Positions 25,558-36,385 of a stretch of DNA of 64,000 nt are shown here, in pieces. This DNA is from Glaucostegus cemiculus (taxonomy: Eukaryota): the NCBI GenBank assembly GCA_976551045.1, contig CDPCPM010000106.1:26288001-26352000 (forward strand), written 5' to 3'. Position 1 is the first letter of the stretch. Every line of letters starts with the position of its first letter. Below the pieces are notes generated by a model. The model was not told the DNA's origin. It made no database searches and saw only the letters and a list, made by a program, of their open reading frames with translations. The translations under genes and the position numbers were made by a program.

Positions 25558-26404
25558 AACTATGCACAAATCAGGAAGGAAGCATTAGCAATTATCTTTG
25601 AGAAAGATGCTTTGTTTTTGTTACTGAATACAAACTGTGATTGGCTATACTGGATATTACAGCAGTTAATCCAACAATGGCAGCTTCCAGGATGCAAAGA
25701 TGGGTAGTCTTGCTATCACAGTGTGGTTTTTACTGTTGGATATTGTTCATCAAAGTAAAATGTAATAGCTAATACTCTTTATCTTACTGCGTCAATCATC
25801 TGATATAGGTGGTAAGGGTGAGGATTTTGTGGATGAGTTTCAGGTTACAGATGCAGAGGTTGCTCAGGTGACTGAGTATGATGTGCAACTAGAGCTAGTC
25901 TATGAACATGCTCTGAGAGAGGTTGGACCAGCTTAGACAAGAGTCCATAGGAAACATTACAGCCTAGCTTATGGAGTGAAGAGGTAGAAATCAAAGCAAA
26001 AGGCAATGATTCAAGGCAAGGCAAAGCAATTTCAGCCAAATGAGAAAGTTAATGTCACCAGATGAGTGAGAAACTACAAGACTCAAAAATGGCATCTCGG
26101 TGAAGTAGTTCAAATCTGCAATCCAGAAGGGTATTTAGTAGACATTGGAAATGAGTTCAGAAATATCCCTATTGATCAGTTGATCACAATAAAAGATCCA
26201 CTTAATGATCCTGAAGTGGTGTGTAACGGTGAAACTATTCCTGAGAGCAACATAGAGTCAACTATTGTTAAAGAGTCTGAGAACACTGATGAATTAAGTC
26301 AAGCGGCTACAAGTTCTTCAGTTCAAGAAGTTAATATAACACTGGGACAGATGCATAAAAAGATGGTTGAAGCAATTAAGGAAGCCAGGCAACAGAACTT
26401 GTAA
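25558..26404 (+). mobile_element. Gypsy element, 3' part (RNase H continuation and integrase C-terminal region; integrase core apparently deleted)
   Basis: Resumes with NYAQIRKEALAIIF, continuing the PLAFA..LTT motif left of the insertions. ORF 26066..26404 (RNYKTQKWHLGEVVQ...YLVDIG...IDQL) resembles a Gypsy integrase C-terminus. Confidence 0.82.
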
Positions 26405-26673
26405 TGACTGTGAAAGTGTGTGTGGAACTATGTAAGTAAATTGTGAAGATATAAAATGTAGTTCCATGATTTGTATGTGTAACATAAGTAGTTAGTGTAC
26501 CTTGATGTTAGACTAGGACAAAATATGCACCCTCAATAGAAACTCCAGGTGATCTGTTGATATAATTGTGATGAGTACAAGCCAGTGCTCTCTGCACAGT
26601 TTGAGACTGACGCTGAGATACATTACAAGTACAATCTCTCTGGGAAGGAGGGACCAGCTAAACAGAATGCACA

Positions 26674-26693
26674 GCTTCCACCAGGTGGCAGGA
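26674..26693 (+). promoter_or_regulatory. Candidate CTCF binding site
   Basis: CCACCAGGTGGCAG at 26678-26691 matches the canonical CTCF core; partial second motif ACAGGTGGCA about 25 bp downstream; locally CpG-containing. Confidence 0.5.
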
Positions 26694-27879
26694 TTCCCTT
26701 AATTTCAACGTATGACAGGTGGCACCCTTGCGGGCATCGGGGTAATTCGGACGAATGAGTGACTTCTGCAATGTTCTTCCATAAATTTTGTAGGTCAGTT
26801 AGTCTTAAATCTGATTGTAAGAGACATGGGGAAAAGACAAGTAAATGGAGTTGGGTCACACATCAGCCATGATATTGACTGATGGAATAAGCTGAGGAGC
26901 ATTTTTCAGATTCAAACTTGAGAAAAAGGCGTGGAAGATATACCTTCATGTTAAAAAACATTTTCTGAGCCCTGGAAAGGCTTTGCACAAAAACTCACTT
27001 AAAGTTGGAGAACATTGATGCCTCTCATGTACTGAGAGCAGCCAATATCTCGATGCTATGAATGAAGTGACAACTAATTTCATTTATTCAGTGCCTTGAA
27101 CACAGTAAAGTATCCCTAGGCATTTCACAGGTTTTGATATCAAATAAAATAATACTAATGTACTTCCCTCAAATAACTATGAATACAAGTTCTGTACTGT
27201 TTTGTCTCATGTAACATCAGCAAGCACCTTCCTGTTAAGCCCTAGTGAAAATCACACAGCTTATTCTTGCTGATGCAAGGCAGCAATGCATCATTATGAC
27301 AAAGCAATGATATGCCACTAAAGATGATTTACTCTCGTTCTCTGTTTCTCCTACAAAAGCCCTTGTTAATTGCTAAAACATGTATGACTATTTTGAGGTT
27401 TGTAGAACTATTTTCATTTTCATTGTATGTAGCCCTTGAAATGCATGCTATGCCCTTCTTCCGTTTCCTGCTTAATAATGTGCTGTTCTGACTGAACTTA
27501 GTGGCTGGTTTCAGATGTTCTTAGCAAATCAAATCTTCTATGGAGAATTGGAGCTGTTAAACATTCTATTTGTGTATAAAAATGATTGTTGTGCTCCAGA
27601 TATTTCCTGTGGGAGATTATTTAACTTGTGTTGTAGTTGACTATTTTTCATACAAGAAGTAATTATGACATAAAATTATGTTCGTTATTACACTCCCACC
27701 CACGCACGTAACAAACCTCTGGATATATTTGATGGATTTGACTGTTAAATGCAAATAATTAATGTTGCCATTGCTGGCATCTTTTCATCACAGCTGATTT
27801 AGTCTGAATATCAGAGGGGATGTAATGGATTAAACAATAACAGCCACTTACTTCCATACTCTACCTTTACTATAGATAA

Positions 27880-28090
27880 CCATCTCATGATGCATCACAG
27901 AGCAGTTGAAGGTAGATGCCAGGGAGACATTTGGGAAGGCAAAGGGGGAGAGAGGGGCCAGGGGCAGTTGGCAACCAAAATATGGGTTGAAAGAGTCAGT
28001 TTTAAGGAGGTTCTGGGGTAAAAGCAACAAGGAAGGTTTAGGGAGGGAGTTCTATATTGTGAACACAGTAACAGGGTGAAGGGAGGGACT
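27880..28090 (-). mobile_element. L2-type LINE 3' end fragment
   Basis: AAAGAGTCAGTTTTAAGGAGG...GGTTTAGGGAGGGAGTTC is the reverse of the L2 WNSLPKP...FK.LLKT.LF end; similar relic at 14290-14440. Confidence 0.6.
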
Positions 28091-28469
28091 CAAAAAAGAC
28101 AAAGTGAGATGAAGAGAATTTGGGTGGGTGGGAAATGGGATCCACTCTAGGTGAACTTGGCTTGTGACAGAAGTTCAAATGCAGACCAAACCAATCAAAT
28201 ATAAACTTCTCGCTGCTAGTTGCAAAGGGTCTACTGTGAAATATGTTTGGTCAGACTAACCCACATCTCTTACATACAGGTCCATAGAACAGTAGTGCAT
28301 CGAACTTGGCACTGACTAGCACATGAATGGTGAAAAAATAAAAAGACTGATGATCCAGATGGGGATTCATCTACGTGGGACTGTAAAATACAACAGTCAC
28401 TTACAAAATAACCCACAAAAGCTAATTGGCCGATTGCCTGAATAATCTAGAAAGCTAAGATTAAAATAC

Positions 28470-28925
28470 AACAAGTATTAGAGAGAATAAGGTGAGGTTG
28501 AAAGGTGAGATTCAACAGACTGTTATCAGGGCCCAAGGGTTAGATTGTGAGCTGACGTAAACTTGGCTTGTGGTCCTGCAAAGTAGAAGGTTAAGAAGTG
28601 TTTTAACTGATGTTCTTCAGAATTTGAAAAGAATTGGTAGGAGAGGAACAGACTTTTGCTGGTTTAAGGGAGTTTAGGACAAGGGAACATAACGTAACAA
28701 CCCAGGAGACAAGTTGGATTACACAACTTCCCACAATGGCTGAAGACGTGTGGAGTTCGCTTGTTAAAAGCAGCAGGTGCTCATCAATTTATAATTTTAT
28801 CAAACATGGGAAGGTTTTTGCTAGCTGATAGAATTAAGGAATATGGAGCCAAAGCAGGTAGAGGGAGTTAAGGTACAGATCAGCCATAATCTCATCAAAT
28901 GGTGGAACAGGCTCTAGTGGCCACA
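28470..28925 (+). mobile_element. Old CR1 3' fragment
   Basis: QxRFxRLLSG, RRLRSVLTDV, GEFRTREHN-type motifs and tail CAGATCAGCCATAATCTCATCAAATGGTGGAACAGGCTC. Confidence 0.7.
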
Positions 28926-29380
28926 AGCCACTTTTTTGGCTGCAAAATACTTTGGAGGTCCTGTAATCAGGAGAAGTGCTACATAAGTTCAAGACCTTCT
29001 TTCATTCCTGCTCTTATGCTGCTGGTTAGCAAAATGGGAATGTCGCATTGGTGGAGCAATTTTTGTTAAGCACAATAAAGAGCCTCAAAAATATTTCTGT
29101 CTTTTTTGAATGAGTGAACAGTATACTTCAAATTCACCCTCTCTGTTGCTGCAGGAAAGGACAAATCAATCCAGAAAAAGAAACACAGTAGAACTATGAA
29201 ATTAATGTTCCCCTTTTGGAAAGTATTTATGATGAGGGAATATAAAACTCATTTTATATCTTGTCATGCTGCTTAACTTTATATTTCTTTGGCAGTGGAC
29301 AGAACAGTGGAGTGCTGGAAACAAAATAGCTCTCATGTTTTACAAATGACCTGTATTGCTCAAGGAGACTTTCTGCCATG

Positions 29381-29535
29381 GTTCAAGTTCAAGTTACTTT
29401 ATTGTCATTCACCCATATGCTATAAAAACACATGGAGGATCGAAATATCATTTCCCCCAGACTCACACAACAGAGGACATACTTTAAACAAAAGACATAC
29501 AACAAACACAGACAAAAAATTATGCAGCAACAGCT
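29381..29535 (-). mobile_element. Rex/Babar-like 3' tail fragment
   Basis: (GTTCAA)2 followed by CTTTATTGTCATT tail architecture. Confidence 0.5.
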
Positions 29536-29972
29536 GAGAAAATGTAATATCTGAAATTAGTTTTGCAGATATTAATATATTTAATTTTGCCAACCAGCAC
29601 TAGGAGAACATAAGAGAAAAAAAACAGATTGGCTTCACTGTTGAAAATGAGGCACTAACGCATAAATCCACAAGTAAGTCCATTTTATTCCAACAACTGA
29701 GCCACTCAGTAATACATGTGTTCATGCATCAATACATCCAGTCTCAATCCAGTTTTTCCTTCTGCAAAGGAATAAATAGTGCAAAATTAGCCTAGAAGTT
29801 ATTGTCACTGTGCAATTCTGCAATGATCTATGGATTACTGAAAACATCTGAGGTGATTATTCTCCCAATAGTTTATTCCTGATCTTATTTCCTGTCCAGG
29901 GTCTGAAATGAGCTCCATTTCCCATAAAGTAGGCTGGTCACTGAAAGGAGGAAAGTAACAATCCTCCTAATT

Positions 29973-30328
29973 ATAGAACATAGAACATTACAGCACAGTA
30001 AGGCTCTTTAGCCCACAATCTTGTGCTGCCATTTTATCCTGCTCTAAGATCTATCTAACCCTTCCTCCCACATTGCCCCCCATTTCTCTATCATTCATGT
30101 GTCTATCTAAGAGCTTCTTAAATGTCCGTAATGTATCTGCCCCCACAACCTCTGCAGGCAGTGTGTTCCATGCACCCACCACTCTCTGTGTAAAAGATTT
30201 ACCCCTGACATCCCCCTAATATCGTCCTCCAATCACCTTTAAATGATGCCCCCTTGTGTTAGCCATTGTTGTCCTGAGAAAAAGCCTCTGACTGTCCACT
30301 CGATCTATGTCTCTTATCATCTTGTACA
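29973..30328 (-). mobile_element. CR1 LINE 3' end
   Basis: VYKMIRDIDRVDSQRLF...NTRGHHLKVIGGRY; (ATAGAAC)2 tail. Confidence 0.92.
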
Positions 30329-30999
30329 CACAATCAGTAACTAATGTGTTATAAGTAAGTAGACAGCTGGTCACTTGCATGAGTATTGGGAAGATAAAGG
30401 TAACTTCAGAAAAGTTGCTATGGAACTGAGTGTTTATAATGTAATTGGTCCTTTGTAATACTGTATCTGCAAGATGCTGAGTACATAAGCAGATGACAAC
30501 TCCTATGGATTTTCCTGTCGTAGCCTGAAAGATATCCATACATAAACAAGGCTGTACAGATGATATAAATGGTGCTGAGATTCTTCTGAATTAAATGGCT
30601 CTGTCTTGTCTCTAAACCCCAGCTTCCCTACACATATCTGTGCTCCCATTAGCAGGTAACTGTGGCTGAAAAAGTAAACTGAGGCAGATGGATGATTTCA
30701 GACCTCGTGTGCCTCTTGGCATCAAAGACAGCTATTTCTTGTTCTACCATGTTCACCATTGCCAATTGCTCTGCTGTTCAGAGGGCTGAGCTCCATCTGC
30801 AGGTTATCTGCTGTAACCTTGGGCCAGGTCTCAAAAGTTAGAGGGTGTGAGGAATGTATGTGTGAGGTCTATAGTAGGCAGTAAACTGAAAGACCTGGTT
30901 TATTTTGATTAAAAGGCTTCATTTACATAAATATTCCTGAAATCCTGCCCAGTAACAGTTTTCTGGGGAGAGGGTGTAGGAATATGGCAAGAAGGACCT

Positions 31000-32020
31000 A
31001 TGGGGAGCAGAGGTTCAGTGGAAGTCCTGGGTAGGTGGGTGGGCTTGAGCAAACTCCAGACACACAAGAGGCTTACCTAATGTCTGATATATAGGGTAAA
31101 ACTCTCGCACTTCTGTCCCCATCCAACTGCCACAATGTATTTGGAACCCACAGGACTGACTGGTTAATTGCAAAATATACCGTCTTCCTCTGTATGTGCA
31201 GTAGGTCAGACACTGAATGGGATCTGCTGAATGTGCAAAGTGTTGATGCATTGACGAGCACTGCAGACCTCAGTACACGTGAGTCCAGGTACTGCACAGG
31301 CCATTGCTTTGCACACTCACCATTGCGGAGAATGCAAAGAAAGTCAGATAGGTTCAGGTCATGCAGAGATGTGGTCCCTGGTGGGAAGAGCGCAGAGGTG
31401 GGAGTGGGAGTGGTGAGCAATTTAAAAGGGACACAGCAAGTTTGGGGTGAGGGGGGATTGGCAATCCAGGATTAGAGGGACTTTGGCTGGGAATTGCAGG
31501 AGTGTGGGGATTGGGGCTGGATCAGCAGGTTGGCAGAAAGCTTGGACCAAGGATTAGGAGGAGAGTCAGATTGTGTGTTGATAGGGTTTAGGCCCCTGGT
31601 TAATAAGGGGTTGTGAGCTTGTTGTAAAGGTGGTGGTGGCATTATGTCTGGTCAGTTGATTGGCTGGAGGAGATAGTTGGGTTAGCATATTAGTGATCAG
31701 AAGGTTCAGGCAACAATTGGGAGCTAGAGGTAGGGAGATGGGGGTGAAGGTGAGGGAACAATGGTGAGGTGGGTAAGGTGACCTGGAACAGCCTGCACAG
31801 GTAGGGATAGTCTCCAGTAGCTCGCCCTTGAATAGCACTGAAGTAGGCATCAGAAGCTTTGTGAAGGCTTCCTTCTGCATGAGTGTCCATAATTGCTGAG
31901 GGCCACATGTGACAAAGGTCCCAGAGGTGGTGTCCAGCAGTGTAGCCATGGCATTGAATGCTGAGGCTTGTACGTGCAGTCCTCCATTTCAGTGTGCTAG
32001 ACACAGAGAGGACAGAGAAA
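31000..32020 (-). mobile_element. Fossil PIF/Harbinger transposase
   Basis: GHHLWDLCHMWPSA (cf. GSTGDLCxISQSA), GRATGDYPYLCRLFQV (cf. RAxGFxxIAGFPQV), VQYLDSRVLRS (cf. YPGSxHDSRVLR) in colinear order. Confidence 0.5.
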
Positions 32021-32977
32021 CATTGCAGGCTTTGTGGAACTTGCTTTGCAACTCTGGCTTTTCTTTACTTTTTAACCTCTCTTTTCTTGGGTTTCAGGTT
32101 AATTGACTTTCACTCCGGTTTTGTAGACTCTGTGATAGTTTTATAAGGCCATTGTGGGAACCACAGACTCTTTCACAGTTGGGATGGGTGGTGACTGATA
32201 GGGTGAGCAGGTGGGTAGTATGTGAGGAGGTGCACTCCTTCCCCTGCCTGTGGGGCCATCTCTGTGCACCTGATTGTAGCTTCATAGTTCTCAGTACAAC
32301 CCCAAAAGTCCTTTCCACATGGAGTTGTCACGCACTAGGGATTCCCAGGCTTTAATTTATGTTGAAATTGAATGGTATAGTGCAAGGTATGTTACAATCT
32401 CTTGGCATGATTTATTAGTGTATTTTAACCTCAGTGGTTGGCCTACAAATCAGAGTTTGCAGAGCTCTCCACAATTACCCTCTCACACTAAAATTTCAAT
32501 CACGAGCCCATGCCCAAACTAAGTATTTTACTTTGAAGATATAGTACAGCTTTGAGGCGCTTACTATTCTGAAGCAGAAATAGTGTGTTTGATCTTACTG
32601 TAACCTCTAAATAATATCTCTAGCTTTCTCACTGCAGTCTCACCGGGATTGCCTGGTTTAGATAATTGCATCAAATGAGCAACGCATTAGTGCTACAAAA
32701 TGGGCAACTTCACTGTTATGAGCCCAATCTGCCGAGTTAAATGCTTATTTCAGGAATTGAGAATATTAGCACTCCAAGTAAGAATTCTCCAAACTGCAGT
32801 TTGGTAAGCAAGTGTCATGATGCATTCCTAACAGCGTTGTCATCAATGTCACTGCCAATATTAAACAGCATCTTTAGGTTAAAGACTTTTAGCTTCTTTT
32901 GCGATTCATTAACAATGGTAACAACAACAATTAATTGTGTTAATGACATCCAGACAAAGTTATTCAAGCAATTCCAT

Positions 32978-33705
32978 CCATAGGGACATACAGCACAGAA
33001 GCAGGCCCTTCCGTGTCAACCAAGATGTCTACCTGAGCTAGTCCCATTTCCCTGCATTTGGCCCATTTCCCTCTAGGCCTTTTCTATCTTCTGTATATAC
33101 CTGTCCCAAATGTCTTTTAAACATGGTAAATGTACCCACCTCTATAGCTTCCTCTGGCAGCTCATTCCATATACCTACCGCCCTCTGCAGGTCGCCTCTC
33201 AGGTCTCATTTATATCTTACCCCTCTCACCTTAAATATTTGCCCTCCAGATTTAGATTCCCCTACCCTTGGAAAAAGACTGTGGCCATCCACTTTATCTA
33301 TTCCCATCATGATTTTATATACCTTTTATAAGGTCACCCCTTGACATGCTATGCTCCAAAGAAAAAGTCCTAGCCTATCCAGCCTCTCCTTATAAATCAA
33401 GCCCTCCAGTCCTGGTAACATCCTTGTGAATCTTTTCTGCACACTTTCCAGCTTAATGACATAATTCTTATAGCTGGGTGACCAGAACTGCACACAACAC
33501 TCCAAGTGTGGTCTCACCAGTGACTTGTACATTTGTCCCAACTCCTGTACTCAGTGCCCTGGCTGATGAAGGCAAGCATGCCAAATGCATTCTTCACCAT
33601 CCTGTCTACCTGTGTCTCCATTTTCAGGGAACTATGTACCTGTACCCCTAGATCTCTCTGTTCTATAACACTCTCTAAAGCCCTGCCATTTATACACTGC
33701 ATCAA
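32978..33705 (-). mobile_element. CR1 LINE RT C-terminus and 3' end
   Basis: QRDLGVQVHSSLK..QVDRMVKNAFGMLAFI; YKSLVRPHLECCVQFWSP...LESVQKRFTRMLPGLEGL.YKERLDRLGLF. Confidence 0.95.
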
Positions 33706-33899
33706 CCTATGATTTTTATGCTAGTTATGTCAAACTCCTCTTTCCCTTATATTCTGCCTTCAGAAAATCACACATGCAAATAATCCTTTGAGGTGATAGA
33801 TTCCTTGGTGAACCCACAATTCAATTTCTTTCTTAAGATCAGCTTTACTTAACAACAAACTTCAAATGCTTTCCAATCCATTACAATTCTTTAGCCAGC

Positions 33900-34560
33900 C
33901 ATAGACCTTGGATCTTTAGTTTCAGGAAAACCATCTTGTGTTGAATAATTTGCCTTCTCCTAATTTGACTAAGTGTTCTAGTTTTTCCACGGCACTAAGC
34001 AGAATCCTCAGCTTGTGGAAAAAATACCCAGTCTCTTCAGATAGATCTTCAAGAGGCACCTACAGATCAGGCTATTGTCACAGAGAAGGTTCTACCCCTT
34101 ATACAACGGACCAAAAAATCCAAGATGAGCAGACGTATATATTTGGATCACGCAGTATTAAGATTTTGCTAGACTGGAACAAAGAGTTTCACTGCTAAAG
34201 ATTGGGACTGACTCAATATAGAAATTGCTCTATCATCAGCATTGGGAGTGGGAAGAGGGAGGGGGAAAGGAGCGGGAACTTGGGTGGGGGTGGAGGCAGA
34301 AATGCAGGGGAGAGGAGGGAAATACAATGAAGGCAAAACATGTTAAGGCTAAGCCCCTACCTAAATCATGGGATGTATTTCAAAAAATTGCTGCTGAGTT
34401 ACGGACAAGACAGACACAATTGAAGAAAATATACTGACTCTCTGATAATTGCAGAAACAGCTGAAAAAAGAACAAAAACTCCAGGAGCAGCCAAGAGGGA
34501 GAATAAAGACCCTAGCACTGGGAGTGTGAGTGATCTTCTGTAACACAGGCTCAGTTGGTT
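33900..34560 (+). mobile_element. Harbinger relic: transposase fragment followed by Myb/SANT-like fragment
   Basis: RILSLWKKYPVSSD (cf. RIxxVCAKYPGSSHD) and RLLSQRRFYPL (cf. WLLGDKGYPL), then KSWDVFQKIAAELR...DNCRN (Myb/SANT-like). Confidence 0.5.
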
Positions 34561-35319
34561 AAATGATCTGACCCATTCATTGCAGGAGAAGTCTGATGTT
34601 GTGGGATATTTCCAGAATATTTCATATTAGGTGTGGCTTTAAATAAAGCCTAAGGAGATGAAGAGTTTGAACATGCCGGTGAATGGTCAAACATCAGCAG
34701 TAATAACAGTCTAGGTGTGGCTCATTCACCTGTTCTGTTAGACACTAGAACTTCATTATGTTGATGGGAAGTTAGTTAAAAGAAATTACTGACCTCATCA
34801 GTAATGTTGTCACTTACTGCATATCATTAAGCAGTTAAGTTGTTCATTCTATCCATGAGCAAGGAAATCTTTCCCTGGCAGAATTAAATAAAAATGCAAC
34901 AATCCCTTTTGTACTGCTTATGGGGCTGATCTATGAGGGTGATCCACTGGCTGTGCTTCCGTGTGCTGGCGAGCAGATTAACTAACATGTCATTTTATGA
35001 AGGATGTTGGTAAGATTTGCAATCCTGCAAATAGCTGAGAAGAGAAAAAAAAACTACTACCACAGCAAGGGGAATAAAAATTATATCATTCTCAGCACTG
35101 AAAACAGGCTATTGCTCTCTGCTGTTATTGAGAGCAATTTTATTAAACATGAAGGTTAAAGGAACAGTCTGTGATTTTTCATTTTTTACAATAAGTGTGT
35201 GTAACTTGAATTTCAGAAACAAGTTTACAACTTTCAATTAAGTTTCTATTTTGAGACTCTAAAACCAATGGTAAAAAATCTGTCCTTACTCCAGTCCATA
35301 ATCTCTTCATGGAGTAGTG

Positions 35320-35652
35320 CTGTGGTTAAAATTCCGCACCTGGATCCAGTTCTTGATCAGAGACATGAGTTCAAATCCCAACATGTAACTGGGAAATTTG
35401 AATTCAAGTAATTAAATATACCTTGAATTAATAGAAAAGCTAATTTCAGCAACGGTAACCATAAAACTACCAGATGATTGTTAAATACCCATTAGGTTTA
35501 CTAATGACATTCTGGATACAAAATCTCCCTTCCTACGCAGTCTGACCTATGAGTGATTCCGAACCCACCGATGTGGTTGACTCCTAACTACCTCCTCAAT
35601 TCATAGGCAATTCAGGACTGGCCAGCAAAGCCCACATTTCATGAATGAATCA
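35320..35652 (+). mobile_element. Old tRNA-headed SINE with LINE-derived tail
   Basis: B-box-like GAGTTCAAATCCC, conserved body ACTAATG...GTCTGACCTATGAGTGATTCC...TGTGGTTGACTCCTAAC, tail GCCCACATTTCATGAATGAAT. Confidence 0.65.
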
Positions 35653-35656
35653 ATTG

Positions 35657-35940
35657 ACAGTGGCACCTCAGCAAGCTGTAACGCTATTACAGCGCCAGCG
35701 ACCCAGGTTCAATTCCAGCCACTGTCTGTAAGTAGTTTGTACTGTGTCTGTGTGGGTTTCCTCCAGGTGCTCCAGTTTCCTCCCATATTCCAAAGTTCTA
35801 TGGGTTAGGAAGTTATGGGCATGCTATACTGGCACTGGAAGCATGTGACACTTGCGGGCTGCCCCCAGAACACACTCTATGTAAAAGATGCATTTCACTG
35901 TGTGTTTTGAAGTACATGTGACTAATAATGAAATCTCATC
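35657..35940 (+). mobile_element. V-SINE variant with Rex/Babar-type tail
   Basis: Head ACGCTATTACAGCGCCAGCGACCCAGGTTCAATTCC and V-domain as in the other copies, but it ends TTTCACTGTGTG..GTACATGTGACTAATAA like the in-window Rex tails. Confidence 0.8.
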
Positions 35941-36311
35941 TTCTGATTGCTAATCCTGTTATCATCATTCCCTGACTACATGAGAACCTGCCTATCAGCT
36001 AAATTTGGTATATGGACACAGAAGCGGAATTGACTGCAGTGTTTGTGATTTGATTACAGCAGAGTAAATGTCCTTAGTTTGACAGAGAGGGTTACACTGT
36101 GAATTCATACTTCCCCCAGACTTACCATCATAGAATACATCTGATTACTATCCACTGTAATCAAGTAAAGCCAAAAGAAGATGGAGTACTAGAACAAAGA
36201 AGTTGCTTAGAGCAATTAGTTCACTCCTTGAGTATAATGTCCAGCTTCGGACAGATAAAGCAATAGAGAACCTGAAACGGAAATTCCTCAGGGTAGCACA
36301 TGGGATTCTGT

Positions 36312-36385
36312 AATAAAAGCAGAAAATGCTGAAACTACTCAGCAGGTCGGGCAGCACCTGTAGAGAGAGAAGCAGCATCTAATAT
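36312..36385 (-). mobile_element. Penelope-type terminal repeat fragment
   Basis: AAAAGCAGAAAATGCTGAAACTACTCAGCAGGTCGGGCAGCACCTGTAGAGAGAGAA; same family as 13670-13730. Confidence 0.75.

Noticed and set aside
26405-26620. Possible 3' LTR of the Gypsy element
   Set aside because: I could not align it convincingly to the putative 5' LTR (19449-19657) or find a clear polypurine tract.
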